Positions 9,480-18,272 of a DNA stretch of 64,000 nucleotides are shown in pieces (position 1 is the stretch's first letter; the number at the start of each line of letters is the position of its first letter). The DNA is from a virus: positions 1 through 64,000 of IMG/VR virus record IMGVR_UViG_3300041411_000074. One strand, 5' to 3'. The translations under genes were made by a program, and so were the position numbers. Below the pieces are notes generated by a model. That model worked only from the letters and a program-made list of their open reading frames with translations. It did not search any database and was not told the DNA's origin.

Positions 9480-9690
9480 CTTTCTATAAAACACTCACAG
9501 GACAACTTGCAATAGATTAAGTAATCAGAATGTTTTATAGAAAGCTCACTGGTAACTGAGGAGAGGCAGCATCAATGAGTAAAGACTTTGGGGAGGAGAG
9601 AAACCCTAATCTTTAAGAGTCGCCATAGGAGAGAGGATAGCGACGGAGAAACCCAACTTTCTAGAATTTGATCTTCGTGTTGGGGTGAAA
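9480..9690 (-). ncRNA. Hairpin array with CU-rich anti-SD loops in the tRNA 3' trailer
   Basis: Three hairpins with CTCTCCT-containing loops plus a 17-bp terminal stem; G-U pairs work only on the minus strand. Confidence 0.7.
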
Positions 9691-9691
9691 C

Positions 9692-9767
9692 TGGTGCCGT
9701 CACCAAGAGTTGAACTCGGGACATCCTGATTACAAAACAGGTGCTCTACCAACTGAGCTATAACGGC
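9692..9767 (-). tRNA. tRNA-Thr (anticodon UGU), CCA encoded
   Basis: GCCGTTA-TA-GCTCAGTTGGTAGAGC-A-CCTGT-TTTGTAA-TCAGG-ATGTC-CCGAG-TTCAACT-CTTGG-TGACGGC-ACCA, 76 nt cloverleaf. Confidence 0.96.
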
Positions 9768-9777
9768 GGATTCATTG

Positions 9778-10077
9778 CTCCCTAAGTAACCCTCTTTACT
9801 CCGAAGAGCAGCCGACAAGTTACTAGGAAGACTTCAGGAGTCGTCACTCCACTTCTTTAAGTGGCTCTAAGGCCGAACATCAGATAGTAGAATTAAAACC
9901 CTTTACCGTCACGGACAGACCTTGTTACAGGTAGGAACACAACCACTACGTTAGTGGGACACTTCAGCGTTTTTATGTAGCACTACCACAGCCTAAGCTT
10001 ACTGGCATCCTAGCTGAATAGGGCTGCTACTATCAGCGTCATACAAGCTCAGCCAAGGCATCTTTTGCTGTGTATGA
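9778..10077 (-). ncRNA. Candidate ~300-nt multi-branch structured RNA upstream of the tRNA
   Basis: At least 8 stems, including long-range GATAGTAG/CTACTATC; no credible ORF. Confidence 0.6.
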
Positions 10078-10091
10078 ACTTTGTTGCTCTT

Positions 10092-10322
10092 TTAACAAGT
10101 AGTCAATGGAGAAGTATTCACCCAATCAAACTGTTTACCAATAAGGTCTACAGGTTTTGGTCTATCAAAAAGATGTCCAAAATTAGCTCTATCAGGCGTC
10201 CTCTTATCAAACACAAGCTTCAAATGATCTTTAATCATCAACCATTGTTTTTCAGAAATGGTGTCTGTGTCGGATAGTTCTACGAAGCCTTGTAGCCAAT
10301 ATGTGAAGCTTTCAGAATTCAT
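10092..10322 (-). CDS. Conserved phage hypothetical protein
   Basis: F.YWLQGFVEL...QW.MIKDHL.LVF pattern; coupled to the upstream ORF. Confidence 0.7.
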   Translation of the reverse strand: MNSESFTYWLQGFVELSDTDTISEKQWLMIKDHLKLVFDKRTPDRANFGHLFDRPKPVDLIGKQFDWVNTSPLTTC

Positions 10323-10501
10323 TGGTCGTGATCCTTAGAAAGTTCTTCTATAGAAATAGAACGGCTATCATATACATAACCTTCGTAGCCTTCCCCATCT
10401 TGAAGGTAGCTCACAGCCTCTTTCCCATCATAGTCAACCAAAGTAATCTTAACTTCTTTGTCTTGAGTGCAATGAGCTGTCACTTTAACTGTACTTGTCA
10501 T
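10319..10501 (-). CDS. Hypothetical protein
   Basis: SD GGAGAGG; follows a promoter. Confidence 0.65.
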   Translation of the reverse strand: MTSTVKVTAHCTQDKEVKITLVDYDGKEAVSYLQDGEGYEGYVYDSRSISIEELSKDHDQ

Positions 10502-10537
10502 AAATGTTTCCTCTCCTTTCCTAATTTCAATAAAGAT

Positions 10538-10566
10538 ATTTTACAGCATGTTTCGTTATAAGTCAA
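10538..10566 (-). promoter_or_regulatory. Sigma70-like promoter
   Basis: TTGACT-17-TAAAAT; could drive the two small ORFs and the downstream RNA/tRNA array. Confidence 0.65.
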
Positions 10567-10572
10567 GAGTAA

Positions 10573-10755
10573 TTACTCATAATTAGGATAAACTTTACGG
10601 AATTGACTATTATTTTCACTAATTGATTCAAAAGCATACTCAAATTTGAAATCTTTATTATCTTCTTCAACTAACTCGATAAGATCGCAATAACAATCTT
10701 CGAGCAATTCTCCACAATCTTGACATGACTCAATCATCAAATATATCCTTTTCAT
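10573..10755 (-). CDS. Small Cys-containing hypothetical protein
   Basis: CxxCG...CxC; overlaps the end of the HNH gene. Confidence 0.4.
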   Translation of the reverse strand: MKRIYLMIESCQDCGELLEDCYCDLIELVEEDNKDFKFEYAFESISENNSQFRKVYPNYE

Positions 10756-11506
10756 AATCCCGTTCTGCTTTTAAGATGGCATGCCACTTGTCTGGATGCA
10801 TGCCTCCCTTACGGTGATTACATGTAGGACAGAGTAGCTGTAAGTTTTCAATACTGTTTCGACCATGCAATACAATAGGCATGATGTGGTCGATATGATA
10901 ATTCTTTCCAGACAAGTCAACAGGACAATAAACACAAACACCATACTGCTTATCATACAAATCATTAATTTCTTGCACTGTAAAAGAGCCTCCTACTGCA
11001 AAAACCCTACTTCTGCGAGTATGACGCCTGTTGGCAGCTTTCTCAGGATACAGGATTGCATCACGTCGTCTATTGGCTCGATCACAAACTACACAATGAC
11101 CATTCCTTGCTACACGCTTAGCCATATGACCTCGTTTACAAGGTTTGTCTGTATAGTAAAATTTTGAATCCGTAGCGTATGCTTCTCTTTTTGTTTTTGG
11201 TAGAAATTCAAGATCTTCATACTGATCTTCATCAACAAAGACTCTAAAGTCATCATCAGCTAGATACTGTTGACGTTCATATTCCCTTGCTGCTAGTGCT
11301 TTTTCTTTCCTGTCTCTTTTGTCCTTAACAAATAAAACAGATTCTTCTTTCTCTTCTCTAAAGAGTTGATTCCTCTCTTCTAAGCATTCAACACACTGAG
11401 TAGATTCAACCATACGTTCAGATATGTGGCCATTCTTACATTCCTCACCAATAAAGAAATATTTAATGCCTTGTGCTCTAGCTTCTGCTCTTGTTGTAAA
11501 TTCCAT
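10730..11506 (-). CDS. HNH endonuclease with two N-terminal Zn-binding repeats
   Basis: Repeats CKNGH..ER....CVEC and CKRGH..KR....CVVC; C-terminal CVYC...HIDHIMP...GRNSIENLQLLCPTCN. Start moved to MEFTT. Confidence 0.85.
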   Translation of the reverse strand: MEFTTRAEARAQGIKYFFIGEECKNGHISERMVESTQCVECLEERNQLFREEKEESVLFVKDKRDRKEKALAAREYERQQYLADDDFRVFVDEDQYEDLEFLPKTKREAYATDSKFYYTDKPCKRGHMAKRVARNGHCVVCDRANRRRDAILYPEKAANRRHTRRSRVFAVGGSFTVQEINDLYDKQYGVCVYCPVDLSGKNYHIDHIMPIVLHGRNSIENLQLLCPTCNHRKGGMHPDKWHAILKAERDYEKDIFDD

Positions 11507-11654
11507 TCTTCTCTCTTTAGATTTATTAAAGATACTAGAAATAAATGAATAAGTCAAGTGATTATAGATTTATTTGTTGTCTGTGGTGTGTCAGGAGTAT
11601 TAAGATTTTGATTCTTATGTATTTAATATTATTTATATTGTATTAGATTTACAT

Positions 11655-12097
11655 TTCAACTGAGTTCAGATAGGAACTTCAGATAAAGAAATACCTTACC
11701 CAGCCATACAAAGCTAATGCTCTGCCTAAGACCGAGTAACTTACCTTATCTGATAGCTCTATCTGCCTCTGTCCGTTATAGCAATAAATGCCTTTCAACT
11801 TGAGACGAGATTTAGTGGATCTTTCGATCCTACGGTCTACACGGACAAACGTAGCCGCCTTCAGGACAATGACACTAATAACGCATTGTCTCAACACATT
11901 GCATATCGCACGACTTTATTAGAATCGTTAGGGAGGTAGTGTTTTTCAGTTTACCTTGCAGACTGTCCCATCACTCACAGTAGTCCGCTTGTTTAAGAAA
12001 GAAGCTGCCATCTCACACAGGAAGCGTTAGCCACCATGTTAACCGACCTTCAAACCGATCTTTATTTCAATGTGCTTTCGCTTAGGGAAATAAAGAA
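11655..12097 (-). ncRNA. Candidate ~440-nt highly structured RNA 5' of the HNH gene
   Basis: Starts just after a promoter; stems TCTTTATTTC/GAAATAAAGA, GACAATG/CATTGTC, TGTCCGT/ACGGACA, GGATC-GAAA-GATCC, CAGATAG/CTATCTG, TTACTCGGTC/GGCTGGGTAA. Confidence 0.7.
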
Positions 12098-12104
12098 TGT
12101 ATCA

Positions 12105-12132
12105 ATTATACACGAATTAGAAAATAGATCAA
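12105..12132 (-). promoter_or_regulatory. Sigma70-like promoter for the structured RNA
   Basis: TTGATC-16-TATAAT. Confidence 0.6.
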
Positions 12133-12271
12133 CCTTTTGTTTGACCCACAGCCCATCCGCTTTAATTCAGTAAAAGAAGTATCTCACATCTTGTATCCCA
12201 ATTGCAAGCTTTCTTGTAAAATAGTTATACCGTTCGTCGGGAATGATACTGAAAAATATATTAATTAAACC

Positions 12272-12300
12272 TTGCTTTTCTCTTGTAATTATGCCATACT
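12272..12300 (+). promoter_or_regulatory. Sigma70-like promoter, divergent
   Basis: TTGCTT-17-CATACT with an AT-rich upstream element, ahead of the HTH gene. Confidence 0.5.
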
Positions 12301-12333
12301 TCTTTTATCAAATTACCCAGCAGAGAAGCTAAA

Positions 12334-12603
12334 ATGAAAACTGAAGAATCTACAATCCTTGATGTAAAGTCTAAGCTTGCTGCACTGATCATGCAGTTTA
12401 TGCAAGAAAAAGAATTGAATCAATATCAGACAGCCACGAAGGTAGGTACAACACAACCAAGGATCAGCGACTTGACAAGGGGTAAGATTAGTCGATTCTC
12501 TATCGAAAGCCTCCTCCTGATTGCATTGAAGCTTGGTGTCGATATTGAGCAAGAATTTGACCCTGAGTATGGCTTGAATATTCGTCTGGGTGCCGCTCAG
12601 TAG
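12334..12603 (+). CDS. XRE-family (HigA-like) helix-turn-helix protein
   Basis: LNQYQTATKVGTTQPRISDLTRGKISRFSIESLL. Confidence 0.85.
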   Translation: MKTEESTILDVKSKLAALIMQFMQEKELNQYQTATKVGTTQPRISDLTRGKISRFSIESLLLIALKLGVDIEQEFDPEYGLNIRLGAAQ

Positions 12604-12844
12604 TCGTAGCACCATGTCCCCAACAGTGCTATCCTTTGTACAACAAATAGGAGAAGCCCAAATGCCCATCATCCACTCACACACCTACCGTCTCCTGAAA
12701 CAAATCCTTGAACATGCAGATAAGGTTGTGATAGTGTCGGTAACACAAGAGGATGAGAAGCAAATGACATACACGTATGTGAAACGTAAACAAACTGAGA
12801 AGGGAGAGAGGAGATGAAATCTTTACACCCATCTGACAAGGGCA

Positions 12845-13153
12845 ATGCACCGTGGAGACGTGAGTGCTGGTACTCTAGTCCTGATAGCCTATCCTTTAAA
12901 CGTAAAAAGAAATCTAAAAGTAAGATTAAGGGGATTTAAATTGAATAACAAATTTGTAAGCTTGGTGTTGGTTGATCGTTCATCTGACTCTGTAGATGAA
13001 GAGTGGGGCCGTGGTTTTAAGGGTATCACACATTTTGAATTTGAATCAGCACAAGACGCTAGACAGTTCTTCATTGAAGAGAATATAAAGTACAAACAAG
13101 GTTTTGTTGTAGCAACACGATTCGTTCTGATTCCGTACATGGGGAGGAAATAA
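12845..13153 (+). CDS. Hypothetical protein
   Basis: ORF within the co-oriented plus-strand gene run. Confidence 0.5.
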   Translation: MHRGDVSAGTLVLIAYPLNVKRNLKVRLRGFKLNNKFVSLVLVDRSSDSVDEEWGRGFKGITHFEFESAQDARQFFIEENIKYKQGFVVATRFVLIPYMGRK

Positions 13154-13254
13154 TATGTTCTTTATTGGATTGATTTGTGGTATTGTATTGACATCGGTGA
13201 TCGGATTACTTCTAGTGGGTTATCAATTTAGTACAATGTTTCGGAGGAATTGAA

Positions 13255-13530
13255 ATGAATTGGCACACAAGAGGTTTTCTGACGAAGTTCGCTGCTCTTC
13301 TGGAAGAATACAACGCTAGCTTAGAGATTGAGGGAGACGCATACGGAGGAATTCAGGACATTACATTGGAAGTGAGGAATCCTCAGACTTTTGATCAATT
13401 CTACGATAGTTGGATTATTGAGCACCCTGAAGAGAAATATCCGTGGAATAGTCGTAAATATTCTTATGCTGATTGGGTTGATCTAGGTAAGAATGTTGAT
13501 TGTCATAAGATTAAGGGGCTTTTGAAATGA
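13255..13530 (+). CDS. Hypothetical protein
   Basis: SD GGAGG. Confidence 0.65.
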   Translation: MNWHTRGFLTKFAALLEEYNASLEIEGDAYGGIQDITLEVRNPQTFDQFYDSWIIEHPEEKYPWNSRKYSYADWVDLGKNVDCHKIKGLLK

Positions 13531-13754
13531 TCTATAAGGATATGATGCGAAGAGAAGACTTTGAAAAAGTGGTTGCAGGGTTCAGGATACTCAACCATGA
13601 ATGACTGGAGCTTTCAAGAGATTGGAGAGTTCCTATATTATTTTATCAAAAACCAAGACACAGGAAAGTATGCGCTTATCAAGCAGTATTTTGGTCAAGA
13701 TAGGTATGAGGTGCTATTACAAGATTGGACGGACTATAATGGGTTGGCCGAGGT

Positions 13755-14018
13755 ATGAGTAACCAAGCTTGCAGTAATCCATATTATGATGTGGAAAAGC
13801 AATCGGCTAACATGACCCACACATTCCGTGACCACGACATAGACGAAATCTTCGTCATCCATTCACCAAACAACACCCTCCTCCACATAAGCTACCTTGG
13901 CCCAACAGAGGAGACATTTTACACTAGGGCTGACATATTGGCGATGTTGGATATTATTGATGGGAAGGTAGAGGGAGTTGTGGTTGTAAAAGCCCAACCA
14001 CAGGAGATTCGGAAATGA
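13755..14018 (+). CDS. Hypothetical protein
   Basis: Translationally coupled (ATGA overlaps) at both ends. Confidence 0.6.
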   Translation: MSNQACSNPYYDVEKQSANMTHTFRDHDIDEIFVIHSPNNTLLHISYLGPTEETFYTRADILAMLDIIDGKVEGVVVVKAQPQEIRK

Positions 14019-14335
14019 CAACAGTAGTCAACAAATACAAAGTAAATATGTCTGATCCTGATATCATGTATGTGGGTCGTGGAAGTGTGTGGGGTAATCC
14101 ATATACAAGTCTTTCAACCCCAACCAAAGCAGAAATACAAGTAGCTACACGAGAAGAATCTATAGAGAGATATAAACAATACCTTTGGAATCAAATTCTT
14201 AAAGGTGTAATCACCAAAGAGATGCTTATTGAGCTTGATGGTAAGCGACTAGCTTGTTACTGTGCGCCTAAATCATGTCATGGTGATGTGCTGGTAGCGG
14301 CTATTGAGTGGGCTAAAGTAGAGATAAATAAATGA
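14015..14335 (+). CDS. DUF4326-family protein
   Basis: YVGRGSVWGNPY...REESIERYK...L.GKRLACYCAPKSCHGDVL. Confidence 0.85.
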   Translation: MTTVVNKYKVNMSDPDIMYVGRGSVWGNPYTSLSTPTKAEIQVATREESIERYKQYLWNQILKGVITKEMLIELDGKRLACYCAPKSCHGDVLVAAIEWAKVEINK

Positions 14336-14637
14336 CCTCCATTCTCTTGTGGTTTGTATGTGCTACATGCAGCTTTTATCTGTTCAAAAACTACATCTCA
14401 TCCAACCTGCGACAGGTGGGTATCCTAGACGCTAGCATCGCTCAAGCTATGAGAAATGCCGCTAAGAAAGACGCTTCGATTGAAGAAATCTACAATGCTA
14501 CGGACAATGTAATCAACGCAACATTTTGGACAGTGATTTTAGTGATTCATCTAGCTATTTGGCCTATTTGTTTGGTACAGTTGGTGATGTGGCAGACAAT
14601 AGATAAACAAGACTTTTCGGATTTTAGGGGTGAATGA
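14332..14637 (+). CDS. Membrane hypothetical protein
   Basis: Two hydrophobic segments; coupled to neighbours. Confidence 0.6.
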   Translation: MTSILLWFVCATCSFYLFKNYISSNLRQVGILDASIAQAMRNAAKKDASIEEIYNATDNVINATFWTVILVIHLAIWPICLVQLVMWQTIDKQDFSDFRGE

Positions 14638-15052
14638 TATGAATAAGTGGACACAAGATCTTCCAAAGACATCAGGTTACTACTGGTTCTCAATGGAATA
14701 TGAAGATCATCCACTATGCCTATACTTTGATGTTTATAGTGATTATGTGGAGACGTATGGATATTTTTATAATGATCCTTTGACGTGTGATACTTCTAAG
14801 GGTTATTATTTCTCAGAGTATCCAGTTGAGCCTCTTGGTTGGGAGGTTTGAATATGAAAGTATGTTGCTCAAACGGTAAACCTTATGACACCCTGACAGA
14901 CTTTGAACGGTTAGGTGGGTGCTCGACCGATCATTGTCTTGGACCAATAGAAGTTGAAGACTTTGATTTATTGCTAACTGGTCTTGGTACATTCAACACA
15001 AACGATTGTATTAGTTATGAAGACATGCGACATTTATTTAAAGTGAAGGAGA

Positions 15053-15457
15053 ATGAAGTTGACAACTAAAGCTCAGTATGAAATGGTAATCACAGATGTA
15101 GACAGCACCCTGACAAGTCTGCATACCCTTGAAGCATCAATTGACCTAACAGATCTGATACTGGACGGACAGATTACAGTGGCAGAGAATGCATTACTGG
15201 CTATTATCAGTTCAGCTCAAGAAAAGCTTGATCTTATCGAACAGGAGGAAGTAATGGATAATTTCCTTGCTGAATTGAAAGTTGTGTTTGATAAATACAC
15301 AGCGAAGATAGAGTTAGGGAGTACTGAGACAGGGTACGGGTTGAATTACGGAGAGGGTGAGACAGCAGTTGGTATTAAGCTGACAGCGACTTTTGAAGGG
15401 ACAACAGCGACTAAAGAGATTAATAAGTCTGTTATTGTTAGTGGAGATCTGGTGTAA
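15053..15457 (+). CDS. Hypothetical protein
   Basis: SD AAGGAG; 134 aa, acidic. Confidence 0.65.
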   Translation: MKLTTKAQYEMVITDVDSTLTSLHTLEASIDLTDLILDGQITVAENALLAIISSAQEKLDLIEQEEVMDNFLAELKVVFDKYTAKIELGSTETGYGLNYGEGETAVGIKLTATFEGTTATKEINKSVIVSGDLV

Positions 15458-15648
15458 TGGAAAAGGTTAAGGAAGTCGCTTGTGTAGAAATATCTATGAC
15501 TTGTAATAAATGTACTCATGGCGAAATGATCCCCACAGGATATAGTTATATGACAAGTCCAACCCAGTACCCACACGAGTGTAATATTTGTGAAAACAGG
15601 GAGGTATATCTCAAAAATTATCCTTGTATTGAATATCGGAAGTGTTGA
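15457..15648 (+). CDS. Small zinc-ribbon protein
   Basis: CNKC...M...PTQYPHECNIC. Confidence 0.6.
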   Translation: MEKVKEVACVEISMTCNKCTHGEMIPTGYSYMTSPTQYPHECNICENREVYLKNYPCIEYRKC

Positions 15649-16314
15649 AATGAAATCACAAGAGATTGACAAGCTCAAACAGTTGGACAGCACGGGCTGC
15701 AACGGCACTATCCAAGCTTGTTTAATGGACCCTAATATCAACCAAGCACATTATGCAGATGTTTTGTATTATTTACTGCACAAAACTCTTGACGAACGTG
15801 CGTATTATGAGAAGATGTATCAGAAGTTCTTTAATGTGATTACATCGGCCGGATTGATGAGTAATGAATTGCTTGAATTGGAGGAAAAGGTATGAAAGAC
15901 AGAGATTTTCTAAAATGGATTCATGAGCGGCTTGAACATGTGCATCATGAAAGTCCTCTAATGGATTATATGCATAAACTTCGTGCAGTGATAGCCACAA
16001 GTGATCCTGAGAAAGAAACATTGAATATGGGGATGAGTAATAGTTTGGCTGAGTTGGATAGGGAGGATGTAGAATGACAATCTCAGACGAAGATAAGAAA
16101 GCAATCTACACAGCCTATATAGCTTGGACACATCAAGTGGCAAATGATTTGGATGATAAGACTTGGTATACAGCTGAAGAGTTGGTTTATAGAGTCTTGT
16201 CCCTTGTGGAAGATCAGCTTAAAATAAAGCTTGCATAATAGATTGAAGTGTGGGAAGCTAGAGATGTTGGGAAAGTAAAGGTGTGGAAATTTAATTAATA
16301 GAAGGAAATACTAA

Positions 16315-17121
16315 ATGGCGGGTAAAAGTCGGGCATATCTAACTGTAGTCGATGACCAAGAAGTATTGGTCCCGAGGAAGAAAACACGGTCCACCCGAAA
16401 TGGTGGTGTTAAGCCTGAGATTAAGGAGAAGTTTCTGGAGGAACGTAATAATCCACCACCAGTTGTGGCTAAGACCGCAAAACAGAAAGAATACTTCCGT
16501 CTTTTGGAAGATCCTGAAGTAAAAGCAATCGTATGCTTGGGTTTGCATGGCACGGGTAAGACTTTTTGTGCTGCTGTTGTGGCTGCTGATAAGTTTCGTA
16601 AGAATGAGATTAAACAAATTATTGTAGCTCGTGCATATGTCCAAACTGGTAAAACATCAGGCTACAAACCCGGTAGTTCTTTGCAGAAATTGTACCCCTA
16701 TGTGCGTAACGTACTAGATACTATTAAATCGCGTATTGGTGCTGGAGCATATGAAATTGCACTGAAAGACGGAGAATCTGGTGAAATTCAGGTGCAAGAG
16801 GTTGAAAGCATCAGGGGCCGATCTTTTGACCTGCCTTCTTACCTCATAATCGACGAAAGCCAACAGACTACAAAGGAAGAAATGCAAAGTATTGTTACGC
16901 GAGTATCAGATAACTGCAAATTGGTCCTCTGCGGTGATATTTTGCAGAAGGATATTCAAGGTGAGTCTGGTCTTGAGTGGTTTATGTCTTTCTCAAAACG
17001 TCACAACTTGAAAGGTGTTGCAGTAATTGACTTTAACTCCCCAGATGAAATTGTTCGTGGTGGGTTGGTTAAAGATATTGCGATTGGGATGATGAAAGAT
17101 CGTGAACAGGAGAGTAAATAA
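16315..17121 (+). CDS. phoH: PhoH-family ATPase
   Basis: GLHGTGKT, IIVAR, GYKPG, IRGRSF, IIDESQ, LCGD..Q.D, IVRGGLV. Confidence 0.93.
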   Translation: MAGKSRAYLTVVDDQEVLVPRKKTRSTRNGGVKPEIKEKFLEERNNPPPVVAKTAKQKEYFRLLEDPEVKAIVCLGLHGTGKTFCAAVVAADKFRKNEIKQIIVARAYVQTGKTSGYKPGSSLQKLYPYVRNVLDTIKSRIGAGAYEIALKDGESGEIQVQEVESIRGRSFDLPSYLIIDESQQTTKEEMQSIVTRVSDNCKLVLCGDILQKDIQGESGLEWFMSFSKRHNLKGVAVIDFNSPDEIVRGGLVKDIAIGMMKDREQESK

Positions 17122-17894
17122 TGAGTGAATTGATTCCATTTATGCAACCCAAGCGTGTGATGACTCGCTCGTTTAATAATCATGAATATAAAATCCGTAT
17201 TGCACGTCCTATTACGGAAATTGATGACTTTGAAGAGGAAATCATGGCTCTGGAAGAGGCGACCGAGCACGACGTTGTGTTTGTCCAACTTTCAAGTCCG
17301 GGAGGCAGCCTTGAAACATGTGATTTTATTTGCCGCCGAATGAATGAATGTGCTGCACCTATCATTGTTGAAATCGGCATGACATGTGCTTCAGCGGCTA
17401 GCGCTATGATGTTGCAAGCAACGGACTGGGTTATTGATGATAGTTCTACAGCTATGATTCACGCTTGTTCATACAGTCCGGGCTGGGGCAAGGAGTTTGA
17501 CGTACGTATGTCAGTAAGTTACACCGAGCGTCTTAATAGGGAGTGGATTGAACGCACTTATTCTGGATTCCTCACAGAAACTGAGCTTCAGCAGGTATTG
17601 GACGGAAAAGACCTTTATTTCTTTGCAGATGATCTTCGTGAACGTCTTCCGAAGTATAAAGAATATCGAGATGCAGTGAATGCAGCTAAACCTTGTCAAT
17701 GCGGTGATCCATTGTGTGGTCAGCCTACAAATCCAACTGGTGAAGATGAAGGATTTGAAGACCTTGAAGATTTCGACCTAGAAGCTCTTATCCAAGAAAA
17801 AGTTGACGCTGCTTTAGTTGCATATGACAAAAAGGTAAAGTCTGCTGCTCGTAAGGCTGCAAAACCAGTAAAATCTGTAGAAAAGACTGAATAA
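17121..17894 (+). CDS. ClpP-like serine protease
   Basis: LSSPGGS, CASAAS (catalytic Ser), AMIH (His); acidic/basic C-terminal tail. Confidence 0.8.
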   Translation: MSELIPFMQPKRVMTRSFNNHEYKIRIARPITEIDDFEEEIMALEEATEHDVVFVQLSSPGGSLETCDFICRRMNECAAPIIVEIGMTCASAASAMMLQATDWVIDDSSTAMIHACSYSPGWGKEFDVRMSVSYTERLNREWIERTYSGFLTETELQQVLDGKDLYFFADDLRERLPKYKEYRDAVNAAKPCQCGDPLCGQPTNPTGEDEGFEDLEDFDLEALIQEKVDAALVAYDKKVKSAARKAAKPVKSVEKTE

Positions 17895-17963
17895 AGAGCT
17901 AGACAAACCAGTGGAGTGCATGTATTATTGGCTCCACTAACTTAAAACAAAGGAGAGAAATAA

Positions 17964-18272
17964 ATGCCAACAATTGCTGAACGAAATGATATTGCATTTG
18001 CGAGTATGCGGGAACGATTTCAAGAACGGCTTGACACAGAAACTGTACAGATGACACTAGGAGAGCTTGTTGAGTACACAGAGGCTTGTGATTCAATGTG
18101 TGATTTGTGTCACATTGAAAGTTACGCGCAATTAACTTGTTTCCTTATGCAAAATCTTGGTTATGATTATCCAGATGCACCAGTTGTTCTTCGATATAAA
18201 ACTTTGAACACTTCTGAGGGTATTCAATCTGCTTTGTCCGACTGGGACAACCGTTATGAGATGGGGAAATAA
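17964..18272 (+). CDS. Hypothetical protein
   Basis: Strong SD AAGGAGAG. Confidence 0.65.
   Translation: MPTIAERNDIAFASMRERFQERLDTETVQMTLGELVEYTEACDSMCDLCHIESYAQLTCFLMQNLGYDYPDAPVVLRYKTLNTSEGIQSALSDWDNRYEMGK

Noticed and set aside
9545-9650. Plus-strand GGA-rich RsmA/CsrA sponge reading of the hairpin array
   Set aside because: On the plus strand the stems contain A-C mismatches that are G-U pairs on the minus strand, and all neighbours are minus-strand. Not fully excluded without stranded RNA-seq.
9606-9818. 70-aa ORF over the tRNA, and the 72-aa ORF at 11679-11897
   Set aside because: Both overlap structured RNA and lack an SD; better explained as non-coding.
11655-12097. Group I/II intron or canonical IscB omegaRNA identity
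   Set aside because: No interrupted gene, no recognisable group I P7 or group II domain V, and the neighbouring HNH lacks RuvC motifs.
12334-12603. Temperate lifestyle suggested by a repressor-like HTH
   Set aside because: No integrase, partition genes or CI peptidase domain in the window; the replication set is of lytic type.
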